From Nitrospira sp. (GTDB lineage Bacteria > Nitrospirota > Nitrospiria > Nitrospirales > Nitrospiraceae), in the NCBI GenBank assembly GCA_005116965.1, contig SWDG01000006.1:17553-81552 (forward strand): a stretch of DNA of 64,000 bases, in the 5' to 3' direction. A program made the translations under genes and the position numbers. The notes beneath the pieces are model-generated. The model had not been told where the DNA came from and searched no databases. It saw only the letters and a program-made list of their open reading frames with translations. Shown one piece after another: positions 26,400-36,992 of the stretch (position 1 is its first letter; each line of letters starts with the position of its first letter).

Positions 26400-27626
26400 T
26401 TGTCATCTCAGATCTCGGGGGATACTGTGATTCTGCCGCAGACGAAGGGGCTTATCCTCACAGTCAACGGCGGGTCATCGAGTCTCAAGTTTGCCCTGTT
26501 TCAAGATCCAGATTCTCCCGCGCCGATTGCACGAGGCACGATCGAGCGGATCGGACTGCCTGATACTGTGCTGATGGTGAATGATGTCGTGGCGCAACGA
26601 CAGGAACGTCAACCCGTCAATGCACCTGATCATCAGGCCTGCGTGGGAGTCTTGATCGACTGGCTGGAACGCCGGGTCGAAATGAAGCGCCTGCGCGCTG
26701 TTGGCCATCGGATTGTCCATGGCGGGATGACCTACAACAGGCCTGCGTCCGTGACACCCAGCATGTTGGAAGAATTGAGGAGGATCAGCCCGTACGATCC
26801 AGAGCATTTGCCGTCAGAGATCAGTTTGATCGAAGCCTTCAGCCGACGTTATCCGAATCTTCCCCAAATCGCCTGCTTCGATACGGCGTTCCATCATGAT
26901 ATGCCTCAAGTTGCTCGGCTTCTGCCGATCCCAAGACGCTTCTACAAGCTCGGCCTGCGGCGGTATGGTTTTCATGGGTTGTCTTATGCCTTTCTCATGA
27001 GGGAGTTGTCCAGAATAGGGACGCCTGGCGAAGCCAACGGTCGCCTCATCCTCGCGCATCTCGGGAACGGTGCGAGTATGGCTGCGGTGAAGGACGGAAA
27101 GGCAGTTGATACGACGATGAGTTTCACTCCTACCTCGGGCCTGGTCATGAGCCGTCGGTCAGGAGATCTCGATCCAGGGCTGATCTCTTACTTGGCCCAA
27201 ACAGAAGGCATGACGGTGGAGCAATTTCATCGCATGGTCAACATTGAATCGGGCCTCCTCGGCGTATCAGAGACCAGTGCCGACATGCGAGACCTCCTCA
27301 AGCAAGAGCAGAATGATCCACGAGCCGCCGAGGCGATCGAGTTATTTTGTTATCAGGCCAGAAAATGGATCGGTGCGCTGGCTGCGACACTGGGTGGCTT
27401 GGACACATTGGTGTTTAGTGCCGGGATTGGGGAAAATGCTCCCGCGATTCGAGCGCGTATCTGTACTGGGCTGCAGCACCTTGGCGTCACGCTGGATGAG
27501 ATGCGCAATGAGGCCGGAGAAGCTGTGATTTCCCCTGATGATAGCAGGGCAGCCGTCCGTGTGATGCATACAGATGAAGAAAGTGAGATCGCCCGGTCCG
27601 TCGCTGAGTTATTGCAGGCAACCTAA
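26400..27626 (+). CDS. ackA: acetate kinase
   Basis: VNGGSSSLKFALF, GHRIVHGG, CFDTAFHHDMP, GFHGLSY, FSAGIGEN. TTG start. Confidence 0.9.
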   Translation: MSSQISGDTVILPQTKGLILTVNGGSSSLKFALFQDPDSPAPIARGTIERIGLPDTVLMVNDVVAQRQERQPVNAPDHQACVGVLIDWLERRVEMKRLRAVGHRIVHGGMTYNRPASVTPSMLEELRRISPYDPEHLPSEISLIEAFSRRYPNLPQIACFDTAFHHDMPQVARLLPIPRRFYKLGLRRYGFHGLSYAFLMRELSRIGTPGEANGRLILAHLGNGASMAAVKDGKAVDTTMSFTPTSGLVMSRRSGDLDPGLISYLAQTEGMTVEQFHRMVNIESGLLGVSETSADMRDLLKQEQNDPRAAEAIELFCYQARKWIGALAATLGGLDTLVFSAGIGENAPAIRARICTGLQHLGVTLDEMRNEAGEAVISPDDSRAAVRVMHTDEESEIARSVAELLQAT

Positions 27627-27638
27627 ACGGGAGATGAG

Positions 27639-30044
27639 ATGATCATGGGTCGAACGAGCAAGAATTCGGTCAGTTCCAAGTTGTTGAACAAGATGGATGC
27701 CTACTGGCGGGCGGCCAACTATCTGTCAGTCGGTCAGATCTATCTGTATGACAACCCGCTGTTGAGGAAGCCGCTGACGCGTGATCACATCAAGCCTCGC
27801 CTGCTCGGTCATTGGGGAACGACGCCGGGCTTGAACTTTATCTATGTGCATCTGAACCGGATCATCACACAACATGATCTCAACATGATCTATATCGCCG
27901 GTCCCGGCCACGGCGGACCAGGGATTGTCGCCAATGCCTACCTCGAAGGGACCTATAGCGAGGTCTATCCAAACATCTCGCAGGATGAACAGGGTCTGAA
28001 ACGGTTGTTCAAGCAATTTTCTTTCCCCGGCGGCATCCCCAGCCATGTGTCTCCAGAAACACCAGGTTCCATTCACGAAGGCGGCGAGTTAGGCTATTCC
28101 CTCTCGCATGCCTCTGGGGCCGTCTTCGACAATCCGGATCTGATCGCAGCCTGTGTGGTCGGCGACGGTGAAGCGGAAACCGGCCCGTTGGCCACGAGCT
28201 GGCATTCTAACAAATTTCTGAATCCGGCGACCGACGGGGTGGTCCTGCCGATTCTCCATCTAAACGGCTATAAGATCGCGAGTCCAACAGTCTTGGCCCG
28301 CATCAGTCATGATGAGCTGGATCACCTCTTTCGCGGTTACGGCTACAGTCCCTATTTCGTCGAGGGCCACGATCCGTCGAAGATGCACCGACTCATGGCT
28401 TCGACACTTGATGCCGTTATGCAAGACATCCAACGGATCAAAGCCGATGCGGGCCGAAAGGGCGCCGCGCGAAGACCGTTCTGGCCAATGATTGTGCTCC
28501 GAACACCCAAAGGCTGGACCTGTCCTCCACAGATCGACGGCAAGCGGACCGAAGACTACTGGCGATCCCATCAAGTTCCGATGGGTGATATGGACAAGCA
28601 AGCCCATATCAGAATTCTTGAACAGTGGATGAAGAGCTACAAGCCGGAAACACTGTTTGATAAGACAGGACGATTCAAGCCCGAACTCGCCGAGCTCGCG
28701 CCCAAGGGAGCGCGTCGCATGAGCGCGAACCCTCACGCGAACGGTGGCCTGCTTCTCAGAGATCTGTGTCTGCCTGATTTCCGCGACTATGCCGTCAAGG
28801 TCACGAAACCAGGTGCGCTTGATGTCGAGTCTACCCGGCTCATGGGGACATTCCTGCGGGACACGATGAAGCTGAACATGGCGAGCCGGAACTTCCGTCT
28901 TTTTAGCCCGGACGAGAACAACTCAAATCGCTGGCAGGATGTGTTGGAGGTGACCAACCGCGCTTGGATGGCGGATCGCTATCCGTACGACGACCATCTG
29001 GCGCCGGACGGCCGGGTGATGGAGATGCTCAGTGAGCACCAGTGCCAGGGGTGGTTGGAAGGGTATCTCTTGAGCGGCCGACATGGCTTCTTTTCCTGTT
29101 ACGAAGCATTCATCCACATCATTGATTCAATGTTCAACCAACATGCCAAGTGGCTGAAGGTCTGCAACCACATCCCGTGGCGACGACCGATTGCCTCGCT
29201 GAATTATTTGTTGTCCTCCCATGTCTGGCGGCAGGATCACAATGGCTTCAGCCATCAAGATCCTGGGTTTATCGATCACGTGGTCAACAAGAAAGCCGAG
29301 GTGATCCGGGTCTATCTGCCACCCGATGCCAATACGCTGCTGTCTGTCACCGACCATTGTCTGCGCAGTCGCAACCATGTGAACGTCATCGTGGCTGGCA
29401 AGCAGTCGGCGCCGCAATGGCTTGACATGGATGCTGCGGTGAAGCATTGCACAGCCGGCATCGGCATTTGGGAATGGGCGAGTAACGATCGAAATAGTGA
29501 GCCGGACGTAGTGATGGCCTGTTGCGGCGATGTACCGACGCTGGAAACGTTGGCGGCCGTCTCCTTGTTGCGGGGCTACTTGCCGGATGTGAAAGTGCGA
29601 GTGGTCAACGTGGTGGATCTCATGAAGCTGCAACCATCCGCTGAACATCCGAACGGATTGTCCGACAAGGACTTCGATGCCTTGTTCACGACAGACAAGC
29701 CGGTCATCTTCGCGTTCCACGGCTACCCGTGGCTGATTCACCGGCTCACCTACCGACGGACGAATCACAAGAACCTGCACGTGCGCGGATACAAAGAAGA
29801 AGGGACCACGTCGACTCCGTTCGATATGGTGGTGATGAACGATCTCGATCGGTTTCATCTGGTCGCTGATGTCATCGACCGGATATCACTACGCGGCTCG
29901 CGGGCCGACTATGCCAAGCAGGCCCTCCGCGACAAGCGCATCGAACATAAGCAATATATCGCTGAGCACGGTGAAGACATGCCGGAGATCCGCCAATGGA
30001 AGTGGGACTTGAGCCAGAAACCCGTCCGAAGGAGGCGCGGGTAA
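27639..30044 (+). CDS. xfp: xylulose-5-phosphate/fructose-6-phosphate phosphoketolase
   Basis: 801 aa with [36 protein letters not shown] and [11 protein letters not shown], all typical of the family. Confidence 0.95.
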   Translation: MIMGRTSKNSVSSKLLNKMDAYWRAANYLSVGQIYLYDNPLLRKPLTRDHIKPRLLGHWGTTPGLNFIYVHLNRIITQHDLNMIYIAGPGHGGPGIVANAYLEGTYSEVYPNISQDEQGLKRLFKQFSFPGGIPSHVSPETPGSIHEGGELGYSLSHASGAVFDNPDLIAACVVGDGEAETGPLATSWHSNKFLNPATDGVVLPILHLNGYKIASPTVLARISHDELDHLFRGYGYSPYFVEGHDPSKMHRLMASTLDAVMQDIQRIKADAGRKGAARRPFWPMIVLRTPKGWTCPPQIDGKRTEDYWRSHQVPMGDMDKQAHIRILEQWMKSYKPETLFDKTGRFKPELAELAPKGARRMSANPHANGGLLLRDLCLPDFRDYAVKVTKPGALDVESTRLMGTFLRDTMKLNMASRNFRLFSPDENNSNRWQDVLEVTNRAWMADRYPYDDHLAPDGRVMEMLSEHQCQGWLEGYLLSGRHGFFSCYEAFIHIIDSMFNQHAKWLKVCNHIPWRRPIASLNYLLSSHVWRQDHNGFSHQDPGFIDHVVNKKAEVIRVYLPPDANTLLSVTDHCLRSRNHVNVIVAGKQSAPQWLDMDAAVKHCTAGIGIWEWASNDRNSEPDVVMACCGDVPTLETLAAVSLLRGYLPDVKVRVVNVVDLMKLQPSAEHPNGLSDKDFDALFTTDKPVIFAFHGYPWLIHRLTYRRTNHKNLHVRGYKEEGTTSTPFDMVVMNDLDRFHLVADVIDRISLRGSRADYAKQALRDKRIEHKQYIAEHGEDMPEIRQWKWDLSQKPVRRRRG

Positions 30045-30212
30045 ACAGCGAACCGCTCCAAGACGTGTACAACTATGCTGCACATACGAGCGTGCAGCTA
30101 GTCAGCAATGCTTCTCAATATCTATGAATTTCTTCCCACAATATGCTATCGAAGGGCCCTATGAAGGGTGTTCAGCTCGCTTCATGCAAAAATGTTAAAG
30201 GGGAGGAAAGGT

Positions 30213-31184
30213 ATGGGCCGGAGGGTGCTGTCTTACGATCGATGGATAGGTGGAATACTGTCTCTTATGGTTCTACTGGCAGGACAAGCCTATGCGGGCG
30301 ATACAGATGACAAGAAGCCGGATGATCCGAAGCCGAAGGAGCTGCTCGATTGTCGGTATGGGCAAACCTATGAGAAGACCGATGGTGAAACCGTTGGAGA
30401 AGCCTTTCCTTCCGACGACGTCTTCCGTCCCCTGCTGGCGGACCCCAAGCAGCCGCAGTTCTTTGCGACCTGGCGCGCGACCCAATCGCGTACCGACCGC
30501 ACAACCTCCAACATCGGGTCCGTGGCGATCGGAGAAAACTTTGGCTTTTATACGAGGCGGGAAGGATGTAATGGGTGGCAGATCAGCCTGCTCACCGGCA
30601 TTTTTGCTCAATTCGACTTAGATGAAAAGAACGCTCAATTGATCAACACGGACTTTAATGTCGGGATCCCAATTACCTGGCGCTCTGGAAATTGGTCCGC
30701 ACGATTGCGCTATTATCATCAAAGCAGCCACATCGGCGACGAATTTTTGGGGGCCAACCCAGGGTTTAAGTCGATTACGTTTATTCTTGAGGAAGTGGAC
30801 GCGATTCTTTCCTATGAATACCGATGGCTGCGTCTCTATGGAGGAGGCGGGTATCTCGTGCATCGCGAACCAGCCACGTTCGACCGAGGGAAGGTCCAGT
30901 GGGGATTTGAAGCACGGGCACCGTCGATGCGTACAGGGATCTTGGGATCGTTCCTTGATCGGTTGGTCGTCACGCCCGTGCTGTCTGCGGATTTCAAGTC
31001 GATCCAAGCGCACGATTGGATCATTGACACCAATGTGCTTGGCGGGTTCGAATGGTCACGAACGGGCTCTTTCCGACGGTTTCGGATCATGGCGACGTAT
31101 TTCCACGGTTATAATCCCTATGGGCTGTTTGTGATCAACCAGAAGATCGAATCGATAGGGCTTGGGGCCTACTTCATGTTTTAG
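30213..31184 (+). CDS. DUF1207 family outer-membrane protein
   Basis: Has a signal peptide (LMVLLAGQAYA) and FPSDDVFRPLLADPKQPQFFATW, which matches the DUF1207 signature as I recall it. GGGGAGGAAAGG lies upstream of ATG 30213. Confidence 0.6.
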   Translation: MGRRVLSYDRWIGGILSLMVLLAGQAYAGDTDDKKPDDPKPKELLDCRYGQTYEKTDGETVGEAFPSDDVFRPLLADPKQPQFFATWRATQSRTDRTTSNIGSVAIGENFGFYTRREGCNGWQISLLTGIFAQFDLDEKNAQLINTDFNVGIPITWRSGNWSARLRYYHQSSHIGDEFLGANPGFKSITFILEEVDAILSYEYRWLRLYGGGGYLVHREPATFDRGKVQWGFEARAPSMRTGILGSFLDRLVVTPVLSADFKSIQAHDWIIDTNVLGGFEWSRTGSFRRFRIMATYFHGYNPYGLFVINQKIESIGLGAYFMF

Positions 31185-31231
31185 CGGCTCTCAGGTCGCG
31201 ACCCCCGTATTCTTGAAAAGGAGCGAGAACG

Positions 31232-33058
31232 ATGAATAAAACAACCTCCTTTTCCATTTGGTACGTGCTCCTCGCCATCATGGCCGTGGTGCTCGTACAT
31301 GATTTCATCCTTGCCCTGAATAAGGTCGAGGAGCTCCCCTACAGTCAGTTTAAGAATTTGGTGGTGACCGGGAAAGTGGCGGAAGTCTCCGTGACCAGCC
31401 ACATACTGACCGGCAAGTTGAAGGCCGAAGGCGAATCCAAGGAGCAGAAAGCCTTTACGACCGTGCGCGTCGACGATCAGGACCTGGTCCGCGAACTCAA
31501 CCAACACGGGGTTACGTTCACCGGTGTCATTGAATCCACGTTTTGGCGCGATCTCTTGTCGTGGGTGATCCCGGTCGCTCTGTTCGCAGGGATCTGGTTT
31601 TTTATCTTTCGCCGGTTTGGCCAAGCCCAAGGCGGATTCATGCAGGTGGGGCAATCCAAAGCGAAGATCTACGTGGAAAAGGACATTAAGGTCACGTTCG
31701 CGGATGTTGCCGGTGTGGACGAAGCCAAAGAAGAACTGGGTGAGGTGATCGAGTTCCTCAAGACGCCGGAGAAGTTCACCAAACTTGGCGGCAAGATTCC
31801 CAAGGGCATACTCCTGGTCGGTCCACCCGGGACCGGCAAGACGTTGCTGGCTCGTGCGGTGGCCGGTGAGGCCGGCGTGACGTTCTTCAGCATCAGCGGC
31901 TCGGAGTTCGTCGAAATGTTCGTCGGGGTCGGGGCGGCCCGGGTCCGTGATCTCTTCGATCAGGCCAAGCTGAAAGCCCCCTGCATTATTTTCATCGATG
32001 AGTTGGATGCGCTCGGAAAAGCCCGTGGCGCGGGGCCCATGGGGCATGAGGAGCGAGAGCAAACGCTCAATCAGCTGCTCGTCGAGATGGACGGCTTTGA
32101 TCCTCGCATCGGCGTCATTCTCATGGCCGCGACCAATCGCCCCGAGATTCTTGATCCTGCGTTGCTGCGGGCCGGCCGATTCGATCGTCATGTGGTGGTG
32201 GACCGTCCGGACAAGATCGGTCGCCTTGCCATTCTTCGTGTGCATGCCAAACAGGTGACACTGGGCCCCGACGCGGATCTGGAAAACATCGCCGCGATGA
32301 CGCCTGGGTTCTCCGGAGCAGATTTGGCCAACATCATCAATGAGGCGGCGTTGCTGGCAGTGCGGCGCAGCAAGGATCAGGTCGGTTTTTCTGAATTACA
32401 GGAGGCGGTCGAGCGAGTCATTGCCGGCTTGGAGAAGAAGAATCGCGTCCTGAATAAGATGGAGAAGGAGCGGGTGGCTTACCATGAGACGGGTCATGCC
32501 CTCGTTGCCATGTCCTTGCCGGGGATGGATCAGGTCCAGAAGATCTCGATCATTCCGCGCGGCGTGGCGGCCCTCGGCTATACCTTGCAACTTCCGACCG
32601 AAGACCGGTTTCTGATGACGAAATCGGAATTAGAGAATAAAGTTGCCGTGCTACTCGGCGGGCGGATCGCAGAAGAAACGATCTTCGGGGAAGCCTCCAC
32701 GGGGGCTCAGAATGATCTGGTGAAGGCCACCGACATTGCAAAAAGCATGGTGAAGGCTTATGGAATGAGCGAGAAGCTCGGTACTATCACCTTGGAGCGA
32801 GAACGACAGCCTCAATTCCTCCAACTTCCGGTTGCGTCGGAACGAGGGGACTACTCCGAAGAGACTGCGCGTGAAATCGATTGTGAAGTGCGGCGGATCA
32901 TTGACGAGCAGTACGGACGGGTGAAGTCCTTGCTGGAGGAGAACAAAGCCGCTCTGCAACAGGGGGCCACACTGTTGTTAGAACGAGAGGTGATCACAGG
33001 GGCTGAGCTGAAAACTATTATGGGGAAGCTGTCAGCGGACGTGAGGGCCTTCTTGTGA
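31232..33058 (+). CDS. ftsH: ATP-dependent zinc metalloprotease FtsH
   Basis: [20 protein letters not shown], zinc site HETGHAL. 608 aa with two N-terminal TM helices. Confidence 0.95.
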   Translation: MNKTTSFSIWYVLLAIMAVVLVHDFILALNKVEELPYSQFKNLVVTGKVAEVSVTSHILTGKLKAEGESKEQKAFTTVRVDDQDLVRELNQHGVTFTGVIESTFWRDLLSWVIPVALFAGIWFFIFRRFGQAQGGFMQVGQSKAKIYVEKDIKVTFADVAGVDEAKEELGEVIEFLKTPEKFTKLGGKIPKGILLVGPPGTGKTLLARAVAGEAGVTFFSISGSEFVEMFVGVGAARVRDLFDQAKLKAPCIIFIDELDALGKARGAGPMGHEEREQTLNQLLVEMDGFDPRIGVILMAATNRPEILDPALLRAGRFDRHVVVDRPDKIGRLAILRVHAKQVTLGPDADLENIAAMTPGFSGADLANIINEAALLAVRRSKDQVGFSELQEAVERVIAGLEKKNRVLNKMEKERVAYHETGHALVAMSLPGMDQVQKISIIPRGVAALGYTLQLPTEDRFLMTKSELENKVAVLLGGRIAEETIFGEASTGAQNDLVKATDIAKSMVKAYGMSEKLGTITLERERQPQFLQLPVASERGDYSEETAREIDCEVRRIIDEQYGRVKSLLEENKAALQQGATLLLEREVITGAELKTIMGKLSADVRAFL

Positions 33059-33124
33059 TCTTCAGGCGACGGTCCTCATGAAGCGTGATGTGTGGCGGCG
33101 TGACGAGTCGAAGCGACTGACGGA

Positions 33125-34246
33125 GTGAAGCCGGTGGAACAACAGGCAACTATCTCGGTCGAGGACAATGTGATTCGCTGCCGGGGGTCTTGGACTCTTC
33201 CACATTTGTCCCGGCTGGAGCAGCGAGGCCGAGCGCTTCGATGGCCTGAGACTCCTACCGTCCTTTACGACGCCGGTGAAGTGACGGCCATGGATACGGG
33301 CGGCGCGCTCATACTGCAGCGTTGCATCGACGGCGTGCGGCACAAGGGGCAGCAGACTGCACTCCAAGGGTTGAAACCTGAATTCGACGAGTTGCTCAGG
33401 AAAGTGGAAGTCGAGTGGTCCCGACCCGAGGGAAGCGGTGCGGGTCCCGGGATGAGCTGGGTGGAACGTCTCACGAGTGCTGTGCAGTCTCGGCAGGTGT
33501 CTGCGATTCACGCGCTCGCATTTGTCGGAGAAAGTACCATCGCATTCGGCCGAGCGCTGATACGGCCGCGTTCCATACGATGGCGGGCACTCCTGCGAAT
33601 CGTGGAATTGGATGGTGTGCGGGCCTTGCCGATCACCGGCCTGCTGACGTTTCTGGTCGGTGTCGTGATTGCCTATCAGGGTGCAGAACAACTCCGGAAG
33701 TTCGGCACCAACATCTTTATCGTGGACCTGGTCGGCATCTCGCTGTTGCGTGAAATTGCGCCGTTGATCGTGGCGATCCTCATCGCCGGGCGTTCCGGAT
33801 CAGCCTATGCGGCGGAGATCGGCACGATGAAGGTCACCGAAGAATTGGACGCGGTGCGGACACTGGGTATTTCGCCCATGAACTTGCTCGTGCTGCCGCG
33901 AGCGTTTGGCCTGGTCATCGCCCTCCCTCTGTTGACGGTGTACGCGGATGCCGTAGGCGTATTCGGCGGCATGCTCATCGCCCTGGGAGAGCTCAATGTG
34001 AGTTTCGCCGAATTTTTGGCTCGATTCGAGGAAGCCGTTCCTGTGCGTCACTTGCTCATTGGGTTAGGGAAGGCACCATTCTTTGCAGCGATCATCGCCT
34101 TGGTGGGTTGCTATCAAGGATTTCAGATCAGAGGTGGCGTCGATGACGTGGGTCGACACACCACCATCAGTGTCGTGCAAGGAATTTTTCTCGTAATCGT
34201 GTTCGATGCAATCTGCAGTATCCTGCTCAATTGGTGGGATTTATAA
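33125..34246 (+). CDS. mlaE: MlaE-family ABC permease with N-terminal STAS-like domain
   Basis: 373 aa. The C-terminal ~260 aa are polytopic with REIAPLIVAILIAGRSGSAYAAEIGTMKVTEELDA (MlaE signature region). GTG start. Confidence 0.8.
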   Translation: MKPVEQQATISVEDNVIRCRGSWTLPHLSRLEQRGRALRWPETPTVLYDAGEVTAMDTGGALILQRCIDGVRHKGQQTALQGLKPEFDELLRKVEVEWSRPEGSGAGPGMSWVERLTSAVQSRQVSAIHALAFVGESTIAFGRALIRPRSIRWRALLRIVELDGVRALPITGLLTFLVGVVIAYQGAEQLRKFGTNIFIVDLVGISLLREIAPLIVAILIAGRSGSAYAAEIGTMKVTEELDAVRTLGISPMNLLVLPRAFGLVIALPLLTVYADAVGVFGGMLIALGELNVSFAEFLARFEEAVPVRHLLIGLGKAPFFAAIIALVGCYQGFQIRGGVDDVGRHTTISVVQGIFLVIVFDAICSILLNWWDL

Positions 34247-34280
34247 CCGGTATGCGACAATCAGTCAGGGGTGGTCACTG

Positions 34281-35096
34281 ATGCCGTCGGTTACGAATAT
34301 GGCGGCCACGGTGATTGATGTGAGCCACGTCGCGACGAAGTTTGGACAGGCCGTCGTGCATGAGGACGTCAGTCTGTCCATCCAACGGGGCGAAATTTTC
34401 GCGATTGCCGGTGGCAACGGGTGCGGCAAGACGACGCTATTACGTGAGATCATCGGCCTGATCACACCCTCAGCCGGAATGATTCAAATTCTTGGGGTAG
34501 ACAGTCGGCAGCTGGAAGAAGGCAATGGCCGACCGATTCACCGGCGGTTCGGTGTGATGTTCCAGCATGGCGCGTTGTTCAGCTCGTTTACGCTGGCGGA
34601 GAATGTTGCCGTGCCGCTGCGCGAGCATACGACTCTGAGTGAGGCACTGATCTGTGATATTGTCGCTGCCAAGATTGCCATGGTGGGGTTACCGCCTGCG
34701 AGTGCAGCGAAGTATCCCAACGAACTCAGCGGAGGGATGCGAAGACGAGCTGCGCTCGCCCGAGCGATTGTGATGGATCCGGAGTTGTTGTTTCTCGACG
34801 AGCCGACCGCTGGGCTCGATCCGATCATCGCTGCAGGATTTGATGATCTCGTGCTCTCATTGAAAAGTCTTTTGGGACTGACGGTGGTGATGGTGACACA
34901 TGATCTGGATTCACTGTGGCGGATCGCCAATCGTGTGGCAGTGCTTGGTCGTGGAACGGTCCTGGGAATCGGCACCATGCAGGAGTTGTCCCGATCAGAC
35001 GATCCCATTATCCGTGAATACTTCCGTGGCCCACGTGGAAGGGCGGCGAGCGAACAGGCAGCGTGGAACCATGGGAACGTGAAGCGTGAAGCGTAG
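34281..35096 (+). CDS. mlaF: ABC transporter ATP-binding protein (MlaF-like)
   Basis: GGNGCGKTTL, LSGGMRRRAALARA, LLFLDEPTAGLDP. The last codons (GTGAAGCGTGAAGCGTAG) belong to repeat copy B. Confidence 0.9.
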   Translation: MPSVTNMAATVIDVSHVATKFGQAVVHEDVSLSIQRGEIFAIAGGNGCGKTTLLREIIGLITPSAGMIQILGVDSRQLEEGNGRPIHRRFGVMFQHGALFSSFTLAENVAVPLREHTTLSEALICDIVAAKIAMVGLPPASAAKYPNELSGGMRRRAALARAIVMDPELLFLDEPTAGLDPIIAAGFDDLVLSLKSLLGLTVVMVTHDLDSLWRIANRVAVLGRGTVLGIGTMQELSRSDDPIIREYFRGPRGRAASEQAAWNHGNVKREA

Positions 35097-35232
35097 CTCG
35101 CACTCAGTTTCGAGTTCCAGATTTCTCGTTTCAAGTTTGGAGACGATACTTTCTTGCAACTTGCAACGTGCAACGTGCAACTTGAAACTTTGAACTCAGG
35201 ATCGAGATGCGAATGACGAGATATCAAGAAGG
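35078..35232. repeat. intergenic heptamer-repeat element, copy B
   Basis: GTGAAGCGTGAAGCG lies at 35078-35092. Six tandem heptamers TTGCAAC TTGCAAC GTGCAAC GTGCAAC TTGAAAC TTTGAAC occupy 35154-35195, followed by TCAGGAT CGAGATG CGAATGA CGAGATA. The upstream arm contains the reverse complement GTTTCAAGTT. Confidence 0.75.
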
Positions 35233-35239
35233 CATCTAG

Positions 35240-36202
35240 ATGGAACCAAAGGTCAACTATATCCTGGTTGGATCGTTTGTGGCGTTTCTTGGAGCGGCTG
35301 TCCTGGTTGGAATTTTGTGGCTAGGGAAGACCGACTACCGCGGCTCTTATGACCGGTACGAGGCCTACATGCGTGAGTCGGTGGCAGGATTGAGCGTGGA
35401 TTCGACTGTCAAATATCGTGGCGTGGATGTTGGGCGGGTTAAGTCCATTACCTTGAGACCGGATAATCCGGAAGAAGTGCTGTTGACCCTTGATGTTGTT
35501 CGGGGAACGCCGGTCAAGACCGACACAATCGCCAAACTAGAAACCCAGGGTCTTACAGGTCTTGCCACAATTAATTTGACTGGGGGGAGTCGAGATGCTC
35601 TGTCCCTGCAGGCCCAGACGGGACAAGTTTACCCGGTCATCAAGACCGGTCCTTCGCTTTTCTTCCGTTTGGATGAAGCAGTTTCCCGCTTACTCTCGGA
35701 GGAAGGTTTGGCTCAACTGTTGGTTGATCTTGATTCCGCGGCAAAAGGAGCGGCAAAGGTTCTCGATGAAGACAATCGTATACTGCTGAAGCGGACGATC
35801 AAGGATCTTTCGGATGTAGCACAGACGGTTGCGACCCACAAGACTCAAATTGAGCAAAGCTTGAATGGTGCGGCCAAAAGTGCCGACAACCTAGTCAAAC
35901 TCACGGCGTCCCTGAACGAGCAGGTCCCGACTCTGCTCGCCGGCCTCAACAAGAGCGTCGCTGCGTTGGGTACTGCGACCGATGAACTGGCTCGGACCAG
36001 CAAGGCCGTTGGCACTGTTGTTAATGAAGCCAGACCAGAGCTGCAGCAGTTCACGCGACGGACTTTGCCTGAAGCCGGGCAGTTGGTCACGGAACTTAGA
36101 CAGCTCACTGGTACACTAAATCGGGTGGCTAGAGAATTGGAACGAGAGCCGAGTTCGCTCATGTTTGGACGAAAAACGCCATCACGCGGACCAGGGGAGT
36201 AA
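35240..36202 (+). CDS. mlaD: MlaD/MCE-domain substrate-binding protein
   Basis: Has an N-terminal TM anchor, an MCE core GLSVDSTVKYRGVDVGRVKSI and a long helical C-terminus. Confidence 0.85.
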   Translation: MEPKVNYILVGSFVAFLGAAVLVGILWLGKTDYRGSYDRYEAYMRESVAGLSVDSTVKYRGVDVGRVKSITLRPDNPEEVLLTLDVVRGTPVKTDTIAKLETQGLTGLATINLTGGSRDALSLQAQTGQVYPVIKTGPSLFFRLDEAVSRLLSEEGLAQLLVDLDSAAKGAAKVLDEDNRILLKRTIKDLSDVAQTVATHKTQIEQSLNGAAKSADNLVKLTASLNEQVPTLLAGLNKSVAALGTATDELARTSKAVGTVVNEARPELQQFTRRTLPEAGQLVTELRQLTGTLNRVARELEREPSSLMFGRKTPSRGPGE

Positions 36203-36229
36203 TATACGGAAGAATGATGCGAGCATGAG

Positions 36230-36868
36230 ATGATGACCTCTCGACTCATACATATAGCCTGTGCGCTGTTAGTGTTGACGGCGGCTGGTTGCCTGTCGCC
36301 CCGTGGGGATTCCGCGGAGATTCACACGTATCAGTTGAGTCTGGATAGATGGTCCAGCGAGACCCGTTCCGGCGAGAGTGATGGCCCGGTGCTGCTTGTG
36401 AGTCAGCCTCAAGCCGAGCCAGGCTTTGAGTCACAGCGCATGGTGTACGTCAAGCGTCTGTACGAGCTAGAGTACTATGCCGTGAATCAATGGGCCGAGA
36501 CACCGGTGCGCATGTTTGCCCCGTTACTAGTCCAGGTGCTCAACCAGAGTGGCGTGTGGCGCGCCGTGATTCCGCTACCGAGCTCGGTTCGAGGGGACTA
36601 TCGCCTCGATTCATATGGATTCGTCCTACAGCAGGAGTTTCTCCAGCAACCCAGTCGTGTGAGGGTCATGCTTCGCGCACAGCTGGTCGACTTACAAGAG
36701 TCGACAATCCTGAGTGCGAGAACGTTTGAGGTCGTGGAGAACGCCACGAGCGAGAATCCCTATGCGGGTGTCCAGGCTGCTAACCGAGCGGTTGCCGGGT
36801 TACTCGATCAAATCGGTTCGTGGCTTCGGCAGTGTATCCAGCATGCGCCTGAGTGCAGCCGCGCATAG
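36230..36868 (+). CDS. ABC-type transport auxiliary lipoprotein (DUF330/PqiC-like)
   Basis: Has the lipobox LTAAGC. It sits immediately after the MCE gene, and its size and position are typical for the family. Confidence 0.65.
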   Translation: MMTSRLIHIACALLVLTAAGCLSPRGDSAEIHTYQLSLDRWSSETRSGESDGPVLLVSQPQAEPGFESQRMVYVKRLYELEYYAVNQWAETPVRMFAPLLVQVLNQSGVWRAVIPLPSSVRGDYRLDSYGFVLQQEFLQQPSRVRVMLRAQLVDLQESTILSARTFEVVENATSENPYAGVQAANRAVAGLLDQIGSWLRQCIQHAPECSRA

Positions 36869-36992
36869 ATATTCGTGAACTGATCTTTATGCATCGATGA
36901 AACGGATTGACGCTCTCTCCTTTGGGCTGCAACTCACCCGGTTTCATTGTTGCAGCAAACGGTTGTCTCGCCAAAAAAAGACAAGCATATTC

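Noticed and set aside
29127-29858. 243-aa minus-strand ORF
   Set aside because: It is antisense to phosphoketolase.
31181-32245. 354-aa minus-strand ORF
   Set aside because: It is antisense to ftsH, whose Walker motifs and HExxH are unambiguous on the plus strand.
35154-35195. CRISPR array or minisatellite interpretation of the tandem heptamers
   Set aside because: The units are 7 nt with no spacers, which is far too short for CRISPR. No cas genes are in the window. They are treated as a dispersed short-repeat family instead.
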